64,000 nt of DNA, taken from the NCBI GenBank assembly GCA_963797095.1, contig CAWCNY010000002.1:960001-1024000 (forward strand), in the 5' to 3' direction. Of this stretch, positions 39,690-49,602 are shown piece after piece (the first letter of the stretch is position 1; every line of letters starts with the position of its first letter). Position numbers and translations under genes: made by a program. Under the pieces are notes generated by a model. It was not told where the DNA came from and ran no database searches. It was given only the letters and a program-made list of their open reading frames with translations. The stretch comes from an uncultured Chloroflexia bacterium (GTDB lineage: Bacteria; Chloroflexota; Chloroflexia; QHBQ01; JADMIH01).

Positions 39690-40667
39690 ATGGAAGAGAT
39701 GCAACGAAATCTTGCGCTTGAACTGGTCAGAGTAACAGAAGCAGCAGCGCTCGCGGCCGGGCTTTGGCTGGGGCGCGGCGATAAGATAGGCGCAGATGCG
39801 GCGGCGGTAAACGCAATGAGGCACACCCTGGCACGCATTGATATGGATGGTGTGGTAGTGATCGGTGAAGGTGAAAAAGATGAAGCCCCTATGCTCTACC
39901 TGGGTGAGGAGATTGGCAACGGCCGCCCCCCCAAAGTAGATATAGCCGTCGACCCTGTTGACGGCACTCGCCTCCTGGCACTTGGTATGCCTGGAGCTAT
40001 CGCGGTGGTGGCTCTCGCCGCCAGAGGTACGATGTTCTCAGCCCCGCCCGGTGTCTATTACATGGAGAAGATCGCGGTTGGCCGAGAGGCTCGCGGGGTT
40101 ATCGACATCCGCAAATCGGTAGCCGACAACATTGCCGCTGTCACAAAGGTGTTGGGGCGCGAAGAAGGCAACGTCACCGTTATGGTGCTCGACCGGCCTC
40201 GCCACGAACAACTGGTGAAAGACATCAGGGCTACAGGGGCGCGTGTGCGCTTCATACCCGACGGCGATGTAGCAGGCGCTATCGCTGCCGCCGACGAAAC
40301 CACCAGCGTTGATATGCTCATGGGTATAGGTGGTGCCCCTGAAGCTGTAGTAGCAGCCTGCGCCCTGAAAGCGCTGGGCGGCGATATGCAGTGCAGGCTC
40401 TATTTCCGAAGTGATGCTGAGCGCCAGGCTGCCGCGTCAGCAAGCATGAGCCAGGATATCGTCTACACAATCGATGACCTGGTGACAAGCGACGATGTCT
40501 TCTTCGCCGCCACCGGCATCACAGACGGCGAGTTACTTCGAGGCGTTCGTTACGGAACAGGCACAGCTACCACCGACTCGGTGGTCATGCGCGCCAAGTC
40601 GGGCACCATCCGCTATATGCATGCTGTGCATCATGGAGACAAACTGTCAAACATCGTGAATTATTGA
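39690..40667 (+). CDS. glpX: Class II fructose-1,6-bisphosphatase
   Basis: VIGEGEKDEAPML, DPVDGT, YMEK, DRPRH, DGDV, ATGITDG. Confidence 0.95.
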   Translation: MEEMQRNLALELVRVTEAAALAAGLWLGRGDKIGADAAAVNAMRHTLARIDMDGVVVIGEGEKDEAPMLYLGEEIGNGRPPKVDIAVDPVDGTRLLALGMPGAIAVVALAARGTMFSAPPGVYYMEKIAVGREARGVIDIRKSVADNIAAVTKVLGREEGNVTVMVLDRPRHEQLVKDIRATGARVRFIPDGDVAGAIAAADETTSVDMLMGIGGAPEAVVAACALKALGGDMQCRLYFRSDAERQAAASASMSQDIVYTIDDLVTSDDVFFAATGITDGELLRGVRYGTGTATTDSVVMRAKSGTIRYMHAVHHGDKLSNIVNY

Positions 40668-40745
40668 GAATGAGACCGAGGATAAGGATTAGCGAGAAGT
40701 CGATCCTGATCCCCTACCTCCCGTCCCTAACTCCTGGAGAAAACA

Positions 40746-42236
40746 ATGGATAGAGATCAAAAACAACAAAACAGTAGAAACGGCTACGCGCGTTACAACC
40801 GGCATCGCGGTGGCACCAAGAAGAGCAGAGGCAGGGAGCAGCAGTTCGACCAGGGTATGGACGATGGGAACATGATGAATGGGAACGTAGCCACAACTCT
40901 TGCGGATGGTGGCAACGGCGCTAGCCCAGGTATGCTTGTGCTGCCCGATAGCCAGGTAGCCGCGGGCCCCTCAAAGGTAATGCACACCCTGGCTGAGCTG
41001 GAAGCCCGCAACATGGACGACCTCCAGGAGATGGCCAAAGAACTGGACATCTCCGGCTACAGCCGCCTCAAGAAGCAAGACCTTGCCTTCCGCATCCTTC
41101 AGGCTCAGACCGAGCAGCAGGGCAACATCTTCAAAAAGGGTATCCTCGATATCATGGATGATGGTTTTGGCTTCATGCGCGTGACCAGCTATCTCCCCAG
41201 CCCCAGCGACGTGTACGTGAGCCAGAGCCAGATCAGGCGCTTCGGCCTGAGGCCGGGCGATGTGGTGGTGGGGCAGGTGCGCGCCCCCAAAGAGGGCGAG
41301 AAGTATTACAGCCTGTTGCGCGTGGAAGTGGTGAATGATATGGACGCGGAGACCGCGAAGAAGCGCCCGCACTTCGGCGACCTCACCCCTATCTTCCCGA
41401 CCCAGATGTATAACCTTGAGACGGGCCAGCAGCAAATCTCGACACGCCTGCTGAACCTGGTGGCCCCGATCGGTCGCGGCCAACGCGGGCTGATAGTGTC
41501 GCCTCCTAAAGCGGGGAAGACGCTGCTCCTGAAGGCCATCGCCAACGGCATCGTCGCCAACTATGGCAACGAGGTGCATCTTATGGTGTGCCTGATCGGT
41601 GAGAGACCGGAGGAAGTGACTGATATGGTGCGCTCGGTAAAGGGTGAGGTGATGGCCTCTACCTTCGACGAGCCTGTGGAGGACCATGCCAAAGTAGCTG
41701 AGTTGACGCTGGAGCGCGCCAAGAGATTGGTGGAAGGGGGGCAGGATGTTGTTATCCTGCTGGACTCGATCACGCGCCTGTCGCGAGCCTACAACACGCT
41801 GATGCCGCCATCGGGCCGCACCCTCACAGGCGGCATGGACCCTATCGCCCTCTACCCGCCTAAGCGCTTCTTTGGCGCAGCCCGCAACATCGAGGAGGGC
41901 GGCTCGCTCACCATCATCGCCACCTGCCTGGTAGACACCGGCTCGCGAATGGACGATGTAGTGTACGAGGAGTTCAAGGGTACAGGCAATATGGAATTGC
42001 ACCTCGATCGCAAATTATCCGAGAAGCGCGTCTTCCCGGCCATAGAGATACCCAAATCGGGCACACGCCGCGAAGAGATGCTTTTCGACGAGAATACCTA
42101 CAGGCAGGTGCTCACAATGCGCCGAATGGTAAGCGTACTGGGCGGTACCGAGGGTCTGGAGCTACTGCTTGCCCGCCTGTCCAAAACGAAAGATAACAAC
42201 GAGTTCCTTGCGACCCTCACCAAGGATATTCTCTAG
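40746..42236 (+). CDS. rho: Transcription termination factor Rho
   Basis: [49 protein letters not shown]. Confidence 0.97.
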   Translation: MDRDQKQQNSRNGYARYNRHRGGTKKSRGREQQFDQGMDDGNMMNGNVATTLADGGNGASPGMLVLPDSQVAAGPSKVMHTLAELEARNMDDLQEMAKELDISGYSRLKKQDLAFRILQAQTEQQGNIFKKGILDIMDDGFGFMRVTSYLPSPSDVYVSQSQIRRFGLRPGDVVVGQVRAPKEGEKYYSLLRVEVVNDMDAETAKKRPHFGDLTPIFPTQMYNLETGQQQISTRLLNLVAPIGRGQRGLIVSPPKAGKTLLLKAIANGIVANYGNEVHLMVCLIGERPEEVTDMVRSVKGEVMASTFDEPVEDHAKVAELTLERAKRLVEGGQDVVILLDSITRLSRAYNTLMPPSGRTLTGGMDPIALYPPKRFFGAARNIEEGGSLTIIATCLVDTGSRMDDVVYEEFKGTGNMELHLDRKLSEKRVFPAIEIPKSGTRREEMLFDENTYRQVLTMRRMVSVLGGTEGLELLLARLSKTKDNNEFLATLTKDIL

Positions 42237-42244
42237 TTCCGAAG

Positions 42245-42287
42245 CGAAATCTCTCGCCTAAAGCAATTGCGCGAGAGATTTTGTTTT
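42245..42287 (+). terminator. Intrinsic terminator after rho
   Basis: AAATCTCTCGC...GCGAGAGATTT followed by TGTTTT. Confidence 0.65.
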
Positions 42288-42294
42288 AGAGACC

Positions 42295-43167
42295 ATGAAA
42301 CCGGGAGGCGGCTTCCTATCGAGCCTCGGATATCTGTGGGAACTGCTCATCCAGGGATGGGTGAGATATACCGGCAGGAAGTTAGACACCCCCAATGTGC
42401 CCTGGCTCGCAGGGCCGACCGGCGGAAAGAAGATAGGGCCGGGTTTCTACGAGAGCTATGCCAGGAGTGCGGGCCTCACGATCCGTCCCAGCCCCGACGC
42501 GGGTCTGCTTGAGAGCTTTAGCAGCCTGAAAAGCACCCATTTCAGCCCTGAAAAGGTGCGCCCGGAGATCGTGGACTTCTACGAGAAGACGTCCCACTAC
42601 GCCCTCGACGCCTGGGTGCAATGGAGCGGAGGGATAAGCCCGTTCGCCAGGATCATGATCTCCTCGATCAGCCGGAACATCGAGCAGTTGATCCTGCCTC
42701 TAACTCCGCTGACAACCAGTCACGGCATGAGTAGCCGGATCATCAGCATGGTCAATGAAGAAACTGGCGCTGTTGAGTATTCAGGCTGGCTGCGAACCGC
42801 CATCTCTACCGGCGAGATCGTGTATGCAGGCTTCTACTCAACCTGCCAGCCTCCAGGATACGATGGCCGTTGTGTGAAGGTGGTTTTTCCGCTCCCACAA
42901 GGCTCCGCCACCGTCATCCTGAAGCCTGTGAACAGTACCAAAGGCTCCTTCAAATTAGTTTCTGAGGGGCGGAGGTTCGGCGGTCCTGGATATTACCGTA
43001 TCCACAGGTTGAGCAATCGAAGCATACGGGTCAAATATATCCCTATCGAGGAAACGATTCACGTTTATGTTGACGACAATGATGTGCTTCGCACTGACCA
43101 CTTGTTCAACTTCTGGGGCAGGCGGTTTTTGACCTTGCACTACAAGATCACACGTAAGGATCTCTAA
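42295..43167 (+). CDS. Conserved hypothetical protein (possibly YndJ-related)
   Basis: Long ORF; FYE.T..Y, VFPLP.G, E.IHVY motifs; family assignment tentative. Confidence 0.65.
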   Translation: MKPGGGFLSSLGYLWELLIQGWVRYTGRKLDTPNVPWLAGPTGGKKIGPGFYESYARSAGLTIRPSPDAGLLESFSSLKSTHFSPEKVRPEIVDFYEKTSHYALDAWVQWSGGISPFARIMISSISRNIEQLILPLTPLTTSHGMSSRIISMVNEETGAVEYSGWLRTAISTGEIVYAGFYSTCQPPGYDGRCVKVVFPLPQGSATVILKPVNSTKGSFKLVSEGRRFGGPGYYRIHRLSNRSIRVKYIPIEETIHVYVDDNDVLRTDHLFNFWGRRFLTLHYKITRKDL

Positions 43168-43883
43168 GCGACCTCGCGCCTCTGCCTGGGTAACTTCACT
43201 ACCAGCACACGATAAATAGTAAGCACGGCCAAACTCAAGCCGGAGAACCAGTAGATCAGCCCCGTCCAGGATGATCCTGTGTCACTGCCGCTGAAGATGC
43301 TGTGCAGCATCATGAGGGCGAACAACCCATAGCTAGCGTAGTGTATGACTTGCCATGTGCGGTTCCCGATGCGCTTGCGTATGTAGAATGTGAAGCTGAC
43401 TATGGCTAACCCATACAGTGCAAGTTGCCCCAATCCGACCCAGAACGGCTGGTAATTGGCGCTGGCAAACGGCACGAGCACACTGACCAGGTCATACGAT
43501 ATATAGAGGTTCCACATCAGGATCAGCCCGTGGAACAACCCGAAGCCAAGACCTAAAAGGCTTGTATACTCATGTAAATCAAAGGCCTTGGGTCCTCCGG
43601 GCCATACCCTCGCCATCTTGTTGGTGATAATGAGCCCAAACGCCATCGACATCCAGATCAGGCCAAATGCGGTGAAAGCGCTCGCCCTCGATAGATGCCA
43701 GAATATGGTCGGCTCATCCCCCGTGGCCGATGCGCCCATGCCCGGAACCCACAGCGGCAATACCACCACCGCCGCGATAGCCCCGACCAGCACGCCCATC
43801 AGTAGGAGCGTGGTGGTCGTCAACCCGTCATCGGACTGTTCATCACCTGCTCTATTCGTATTTGCATTATTCACCGCTTGCAT
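43164..43883 (-). CDS. Ferric reductase-like (MsrQ-like) heme b membrane protein
   Basis: W..SRAS; His residues in DLHE, LFHG, W..IHY and LHS; GSD; multiple TMs. Confidence 0.85.
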   Translation of the reverse strand: MQAVNNANTNRAGDEQSDDGLTTTTLLLMGVLVGAIAAVVVLPLWVPGMGASATGDEPTIFWHLSRASAFTAFGLIWMSMAFGLIITNKMARVWPGGPKAFDLHEYTSLLGLGFGLFHGLILMWNLYISYDLVSVLVPFASANYQPFWVGLGQLALYGLAIVSFTFYIRKRIGNRTWQVIHYASYGLFALMMLHSIFSGSDTGSSWTGLIYWFSGLSLAVLTIYRVLVVKLPRQRREVA

Positions 43884-43888
43884 TCCAC

Positions 43889-44821
43889 TTACTCCCAAGT
43901 GTGGTGTGTCATCCTCTTGCTGTAAAGCACCTGCCCATCCTCCAGGGTAAGTAGAGCCGACAGGGGCGGGCGTGCTTCTATCCATTCGATGCCTTGCCGG
44001 CTCCCCAGGATCAAGGTCGCTTTAGCCGCCACCTCTGCCTGCATGGTGCTGGGCGCGATCACGGTGGCGCTTAGAACGTCGGTGTCGGCAGGTTGTGCGG
44101 TGCGTGGATCAAGAATGTGGTGATGCCACCTATCGCCTACCCGCCAGCGCCTGTAATCGCGCCCCGAGGTGGCAACCCCACCGCCCCTCAAAGCGAGCAA
44201 TTCGAGTTGTTTGCCACGAGTTAGCGGGTCGTCTACACCAATGGGCCAGGCCGAGCCATCGGCGCGCGCTCCACTGAATGCTATGTCTCCCCCTGCATCA
44301 ACCATGGCGGGCGCGATCTCGCCGAGCCATCGCGCAGCTTTGTCGGCGGCCCAACCCTTCACGATACCTCCCAGGTCAAGTCTCATGCCCGCCGGAGTGG
44401 TGATTGTGTGCTTCCCCTGGTGCAGTTTGATAGCACGCCAGTCCTCCTCAGCAACCAGGGTGGCGCTCCTCTCCGGCATAACTGCGACCGCCGACCTCTC
44501 CTTTATGGTCTCAAAGCTGGCGTCGTAGCCTGCACGCTCCAGGGCGGTAAGCATTGTAGGCGTCACCAACCCGTCTGTCAGCTGGGCTGCCGCCAGTGCT
44601 TCGTTCAACACTTCCCACATAATCGGCCCCACCTTGACCGTGCTCCCGCTCTGTCTGTTATGCTTGCTAAGCTCGCTTTCCGGGCGGAAGCGGCTCAGTG
44701 CAGCTTCCCATTCCTCAAACATAGAGGGTATACGCGCCAGGCGCTCGCCTGCCTGCGATGAATCTGCCTCGATTATCGCCATCATCCCGGATCCCATGGC
44801 CCTGAATTCCAGCTTCTGCAT
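43889..44821 (-). CDS. apbE: FAD:protein FMN transferase
   Basis: FRAMGS, LSRF..SEL, DLGGIVKGWAAD, DAGGD, VATSG, HHILDPRT. Confidence 0.92.
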   Translation of the reverse strand: MQKLEFRAMGSGMMAIIEADSSQAGERLARIPSMFEEWEAALSRFRPESELSKHNRQSGSTVKVGPIMWEVLNEALAAAQLTDGLVTPTMLTALERAGYDASFETIKERSAVAVMPERSATLVAEEDWRAIKLHQGKHTITTPAGMRLDLGGIVKGWAADKAARWLGEIAPAMVDAGGDIAFSGARADGSAWPIGVDDPLTRGKQLELLALRGGGVATSGRDYRRWRVGDRWHHHILDPRTAQPADTDVLSATVIAPSTMQAEVAAKATLILGSRQGIEWIEARPPLSALLTLEDGQVLYSKRMTHHTWE

Positions 44822-44833
44822 AACTTTTACCCC

Positions 44834-45232
44834 TTAGCGAGATGAGTGTGTCCTACCCATTGGCGCAGGCTGGTTGCTCGGAGCCTGTACACGCCTCAAT
44901 GCGGGTGTGGGTGTGGCTGCGGGCGCTTGAGATTGCGATTGGTCTTGCGGTTGGGTAATGGGTGTGGGCGACGCCTCTCCGGGGGGAAGCGACGGCAACA
45001 GGTATCCCGTTCCGCCTGCGTCGGGTGCTGTCTGCGCCGCCACTATCACATCATCCTGTGCCTGAGCAGCCGTAGATGCATCTTTGACGGCGAACATCGC
45101 CATCCCGCCCAACGTGGCGGTGAGTGATACTGCCGTGATCAGCAGCTTTGCTTCGATTGTCTTCCTCGAAGCGCGCTTCCTGGTCCTATTCTCTGACATT
45201 TCCTTTCCTGTCTCCTTGTCCATTGCGATCAA
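44834..45232 (-). CDS. Membrane-anchored Pro/Gln/Thr-rich protein ending GRTHSSR
   Basis: Basic N-terminus, one TM and a low-complexity stalk; overlaps the stop of the upstream gene. Confidence 0.7.
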   Translation of the reverse strand: MIAMDKETGKEMSENRTRKRASRKTIEAKLLITAVSLTATLGGMAMFAVKDASTAAQAQDDVIVAAQTAPDAGGTGYLLPSLPPGEASPTPITQPQDQSQSQAPAATPTPALRRVQAPSNQPAPMGRTHSSR

Positions 45233-45768
45233 TCATTGCCATCATTTGGTTCGTGCTGTTCTCCCGGGTCCTGGCGTCCGAAATGTCTCCCCCTCTGGAA
45301 TGGATTGTCGTTAGGGACGCCGTTGTACAGTACCGATCCGGTGCTAGCATCCACGTAAAGCGTTCCACGGTCTGTTTGCACTTCGTATGCGACCGTCCCG
45401 GCGAAATCGACTAATTGAGGAGCGGCCAGCAGAGATGCCCTGGGGGCAACCGACAGCGCTATTGCTGCCGCATCATCCGGTGTTACAGCATAAGATGGGG
45501 CAGGTTCCGGCGTTGGCGCGGATGCAGGTGGGTCCTGGGCCGCAGGCATCTCGGTTGGTTGTGCATTCTCCAGGTTCGACTGTTGCAATCCGTTGCCAGT
45601 CGATGTCAGTTGCTCCCCTGCGTTCCCCTGCGCCTGGTTGGGCTGCCCGGCTTGCGCCCGTGTCGCGCCACCCATCATTACATAGGTTACCGCGCCTGCC
45701 GCCAGTACCAGCAAAAAGCCTGTCAGGCCGGCGGCCAACATCAACATTATCTTCCGACCCATCTCCAT
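45229..45768 (-). CDS. Membrane-anchored PepSY domain protein
   Basis: VTPDDAAAIAL...AYEV.....LYVDASTGSVL. Confidence 0.8.
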   Translation of the reverse strand: MEMGRKIMLMLAAGLTGFLLVLAAGAVTYVMMGGATRAQAGQPNQAQGNAGEQLTSTGNGLQQSNLENAQPTEMPAAQDPPASAPTPEPAPSYAVTPDDAAAIALSVAPRASLLAAPQLVDFAGTVAYEVQTDRGTLYVDASTGSVLYNGVPNDNPFQRGRHFGRQDPGEQHEPNDGND

Positions 45769-45825
45769 CTCTCTCCAATCTTGTCCATCTTTGTATCTAT
45801 ATCCTAACCGGGTATGATTAAAACA

Positions 45826-45866
45826 ACATTGGAAAACGCCACCTGTGTTTCCAATCTTCTTCCAAT
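45826..45866. promoter_or_regulatory. Putative OmpR-family binding site: TTCCAAT direct repeats 11 bp apart plus an inverted copy
   Basis: TTCCAAT at 45849 and 45860; ACATTGGAA at 45826; lies between the divergent PepSY operon and the response regulator. Confidence 0.5.
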
Positions 45867-45903
45867 GTTTCTGGTGTATGCTCATATACAGTAGGAAGAT
45901 GGC

Positions 45904-46593
45904 ATGAAAGTGTTGCTGATTGAAGATGATCAAAAGCTGGCACGCCTTATGGCAAGCGTACTGCGCGAGGAGCGGCATGAAGTAGATGTTGCACATGAAG
46001 GCAACGATGGATTGGATCTGGCTCTGCGTGGCGTATATGATGTTGCTATCATTGATTGGATGCTGCCTGGTCGCGATGGTCCATCCATAGCTCGCGGCAT
46101 ACGCGCGTCCCGGGTGCCTTTACCTATCCTGATGCTTACAGCCCGCAGCCAGGTCGAGGACCGCGTGGCAGGTCTCGACAGTGGCGCTGACGATTATCTG
46201 ACCAAGCCCTTCGCGTTCGAAGAGTTGCTCGCCCGCGTGCGCGCCCTGGGGCGGCGCTACCTGCAAGTTAGCGGTGACCCGGACGAGTTGCGTTCCGGCG
46301 ACATGGTGCTTGATACGCGCTCCCACACCGCCCGTAAAGCGGGCAATCCACTTGATCTTACGCACACCGAATGGAAGTTACTCGAATACTTCATGCGCCA
46401 TCCGGGCCAGACCCTCACTCGCCGCCAGATACTCGATTACGTGTGGGATTTCACCAGCGACGTGCAGCAAACCATGGTGGACGTCTACGTCTCCTATCTG
46501 CGCCGCAAACTCGCCTTTGGCCCGCACCCCGACCCTATACGCACTGTGCGCGGTGTTGGCTACCGGTTGGAGGCACCAGGTGACCAGGCTTAA
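45904..46593 (+). CDS. OmpR-family response regulator
   Basis: LLIEDD, DWMLPG.DG, GADDYL.KPF, TVRGVGY. Confidence 0.95.
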   Translation: MKVLLIEDDQKLARLMASVLREERHEVDVAHEGNDGLDLALRGVYDVAIIDWMLPGRDGPSIARGIRASRVPLPILMLTARSQVEDRVAGLDSGADDYLTKPFAFEELLARVRALGRRYLQVSGDPDELRSGDMVLDTRSHTARKAGNPLDLTHTEWKLLEYFMRHPGQTLTRRQILDYVWDFTSDVQQTMVDVYVSYLRRKLAFGPHPDPIRTVRGVGYRLEAPGDQA

Positions 46594-47974
46594 CCCCATG
46601 TTCGGGCGATTGCGCCTCACGCTGACCATCCTGTATCTGGTGGCGGCCCTGGCCCTGATAGCTCTGGTGGGCATTGGTACCTACGGGCTTGTGGACCAAT
46701 ACTTCCAGAGCGGCACCGACCTCGCCTTGCGCGAGAGGATGGCGCTCGAGATGGCGGCGCTTGGTGTGCCGTTGCCCTCCGAGATCGCGGATGCCAGGAG
46801 TGAGTGGATTGCCACGCGCAATTCTCCACCACCTCCGGCCAGGGTACCACCGAGCCAGGATGGTGACGACCACAACGCGGAGCATAACCAGCACGAGCAA
46901 GACGAATATGCCTACAACAGCGAGCTTGCCTCCATCTTCGTGCTACCGTTAGCTTCGGATGGCGCTCTGCTCACAGCTACAGGTGGGCAGGCCAGCCCCA
47001 ATGGCGCGAATATTGCAAACATCACCCCGGATAGTGATGCATTTCAGGCCGCCCTCACCGGTGGCAGCGACCTGCGGACTGTGGACATGAGCGACGGCAC
47101 GCGTGTGCGCCTACTCACTTATAAGATCTCCTCCGCCCAGGCCGGATTGCCCGCAGCCCTGCAATTGGGGCGCACCCTGGGCGACCAGGACCGCACGTTG
47201 AACCAACTGCTGCTTATACTGTTGGGGTTGGGCGGGGTGAGCGCGGTTCTGCTAGGAGCGGCAAGCTGGGCGCTGGCAGGACGCTCGATCAGGCCCGCCC
47301 ATGAGGCCTGGGAGAAGCAAAAAGCCTTCATTGCCAATGCGAGCCATGAACTGAGAGCACCCCTTACGCTGGTGCGTGCCGGTGCGGAGGTTGCCATGCG
47401 CCATACCCCTCCCGGTAACATAGAGCAGAAAGAGACCCTTCAGGATGTGCTGGACGAATGCGACCACATGGGGCGATTGGTCGAGGACCTGCTGCTGATC
47501 TCACGCCTGGATGCTGGACGGCTTGAGCTACAGACCGAGCCTGTCGACCTTGCCGAGTTGATGACCGATGTGCAAAGGCAGGTAGGTCGTGTAGCCGAGG
47601 AACGCGGTGTGCAGGTGACGGTAGCGAATGCAAGTGGCCCGGTGAAGGCCGACCGCACGCGCCTCAGGCAGGTGCTGCTTATTCTGCTGGATAACGCGTT
47701 GCGCCACACGCCCTCAGGCGGCAGCATTACGCTATCTACCACCCGTCAGGACCGGCGTATCCTTATTGAGGTAATTGACACCGGGAGTGGGATCGCCCCT
47801 GAACACCTGCCGCACATTTTCGAGCCGTTCTACAGCGCCGATAACAGCCGCAACGGCGGCAGCAGCGGCCTCGGCCTATCGATTGCCAGCAAGCTGATCG
47901 AGGCTCATGGTGGGCGCATCAGCATCAGCAGCCAACCGGGCCAGGGCACCCGCGTCACGGTTTCTCTCCAGTAG
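46580..47974 (+). CDS. Sensor histidine kinase
   Basis: GGAGG RBS before GTG; 2 TMs; ASHELRAP, LLDNA, DTGSGI, FEPFY, GLGL. Confidence 0.92.
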   Translation: MTRLNPMFGRLRLTLTILYLVAALALIALVGIGTYGLVDQYFQSGTDLALRERMALEMAALGVPLPSEIADARSEWIATRNSPPPPARVPPSQDGDDHNAEHNQHEQDEYAYNSELASIFVLPLASDGALLTATGGQASPNGANIANITPDSDAFQAALTGGSDLRTVDMSDGTRVRLLTYKISSAQAGLPAALQLGRTLGDQDRTLNQLLLILLGLGGVSAVLLGAASWALAGRSIRPAHEAWEKQKAFIANASHELRAPLTLVRAGAEVAMRHTPPGNIEQKETLQDVLDECDHMGRLVEDLLLISRLDAGRLELQTEPVDLAELMTDVQRQVGRVAEERGVQVTVANASGPVKADRTRLRQVLLILLDNALRHTPSGGSITLSTTRQDRRILIEVIDTGSGIAPEHLPHIFEPFYSADNSRNGGSSGLGLSIASKLIEAHGGRISISSQPGQGTRVTVSLQ

Positions 47975-48081
47975 TAAATAACCGGAACCCCCTTCACGGG
48001 CCACCCGTTATAATGATGGGATGGACGCCGTGCGTCTCCGATTTGCACTTGTTGTTTTATCAAGCGGAAGGAGAAATCAAC

Positions 48082-49167
48082 ATGACTACCAGATATAAGC
48101 TTCTCGTTCTAGCGCAAACTCTCATGATTGCCCTTCTAGTCGCATCATTAGGAGCGGGTATCTCTGCCCAGGCCCAGGTTCCGTCAGACACCCTCTCGCA
48201 GTCGCAGAGCGCCCAAACCTCCGCTGAGAACCCCCAGGCAACACGCGATTTCGAGGATGTGTCCCCCGATAGTACCTTCTTCCCTTACATCCGCAATCTC
48301 TACTTCTCAGGCATCGTCAGCGGATACCCATGCGGCGGGCCGGGTGAGCCTTGTGGCCCCGGCAACTTGCCTTACTACCGTCCCGGTGCCTCTGTTTCAA
48401 GGGGACAGATGGCGAAGTTTGCGGACGAAGTACGCAAGACACCGGGCTTCTTTATCGATACCAGCACCGACCCCCAGCCTTTCTATGTGCGCACCTCGGT
48501 TGCCAATGGGCGCGGCGTGCAGGGCGATAGCGTGCTCGGCAACGGCGTACATGGCGTATCAGCCGGATCGGCGGCGAGCGGCGTGTACGGCGAGAATGTG
48601 TCAGGAGGCTTCGGCGTGGCCGGGCGCAGCAGCGGTGCGGGCAGTGCCATATATGGTGACAACGTATCCGCTAACGGCTGGGCAGGCTACTTCAACGGCA
48701 ATGTGCGCGTGCAAGGCACCCTCAGTAAGGCGGCAGGCGCATTCGAGATCGATGACCCACTGGACCCTGGGCACAAGCTCCTTTACCACTCGTTCGTCGA
48801 ATCGCCCGACATGATGAACGTCTACAACGGCAACGTCACCCTCGATGCGAAGGGGGAGGCCACCGTCCAGATGCCCGATTACTTCGAGGCGCTCAATGAA
48901 GACTTCCGTTACCAGCTAACCCCCATCGGCGCGCCCGGTCCCAATCTCTATATAGCGCAGGAGATCACGGACAATACGTTCGAGATCGCGGGTGGCGCTC
49001 CCAACTCTAAGGTAAGCTGGCAGGTGACCGGCATCCGGCACGATCCTTACGCGGATCAAAACCGCATCCAAGTAGAGGTCGAGAAGCCCGCCGACGAGCA
49101 AGGCAAGTACCTGCACCCGGAGTTGTACGGCCAGCCAGATACGGCGCGCATTGATCCTTCTAAATGA
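48082..49167 (+). CDS. Secreted SLH-domain protein with Gly-rich beta repeats and a tail-fibre-like C-terminal domain
   Basis: FEDV...GYPCGGPGEPC...SRGQMAK; GV.G repeats; AGYF.GNV.V.G..K...F.ID.PLDP...L.H..VESP. Confidence 0.8.
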   Translation: MTTRYKLLVLAQTLMIALLVASLGAGISAQAQVPSDTLSQSQSAQTSAENPQATRDFEDVSPDSTFFPYIRNLYFSGIVSGYPCGGPGEPCGPGNLPYYRPGASVSRGQMAKFADEVRKTPGFFIDTSTDPQPFYVRTSVANGRGVQGDSVLGNGVHGVSAGSAASGVYGENVSGGFGVAGRSSGAGSAIYGDNVSANGWAGYFNGNVRVQGTLSKAAGAFEIDDPLDPGHKLLYHSFVESPDMMNVYNGNVTLDAKGEATVQMPDYFEALNEDFRYQLTPIGAPGPNLYIAQEITDNTFEIAGGAPNSKVSWQVTGIRHDPYADQNRIQVEVEKPADEQGKYLHPELYGQPDTARIDPSK

Positions 49168-49185
49168 CGAAGGACGAAAGACTAA

Positions 49186-49239
49186 GGACGAAAGACTAAG
49201 GACGATAGCTCGATTAGCGTCGTCCTTAGTCTTTCGTCC
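49186..49239. terminator. Hairpin built from heptamer repeats between convergent genes
   Basis: GGACGAAAGACTAAGGACGA/TCGTCCTTAGTCTTTCGTCC. Confidence 0.65.
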
Positions 49240-49240
49240 G

Positions 49241-49477
49241 CTAGGATGCTACCTTCTTCCAGTGCTTGACGATCTGAGAGATGCTTTGTGAGCCTTTCAC
49301 GTAGGTCTCGGCGTAACCACATGCCGCGCACACATAGCTGACGAGACGAGCGAACTCGGTGCGTACTGCCCCCCGTACCGGGATGGCCTGCACTCCGTAT
49401 ACACTGTTCACCGGGCCGATTTCCTGGTTGGTGTACACATCATGCGAACCGCATTTCGGACAAACACCGTTATTCAT
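49241..49477 (-). CDS. Small zinc-ribbon protein
   Basis: CPKCGS...C..CGY.E.Y. Confidence 0.75.
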   Translation of the reverse strand: MNNGVCPKCGSHDVYTNQEIGPVNSVYGVQAIPVRGAVRTEFARLVSYVCAACGYAETYVKGSQSISQIVKHWKKVAS

Positions 49478-49602
49478 CTCTTGTTCCTTCCTAGTGTGTG
49501 AGCGACTGCTTACTTTCCCACACCCATTTGTATATACGTAGCGCAGGCCCTGAGGTCGCATAACCTACCTTCAGTGCGTATGGTTCTGTATAATATGCCT
49601 AA

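Noticed and set aside
48082-49167. Prophage suggested by the tail-fibre-like domain
   Set aside because: The protein has a signal peptide and SLH domain, and there are no other phage genes nearby.
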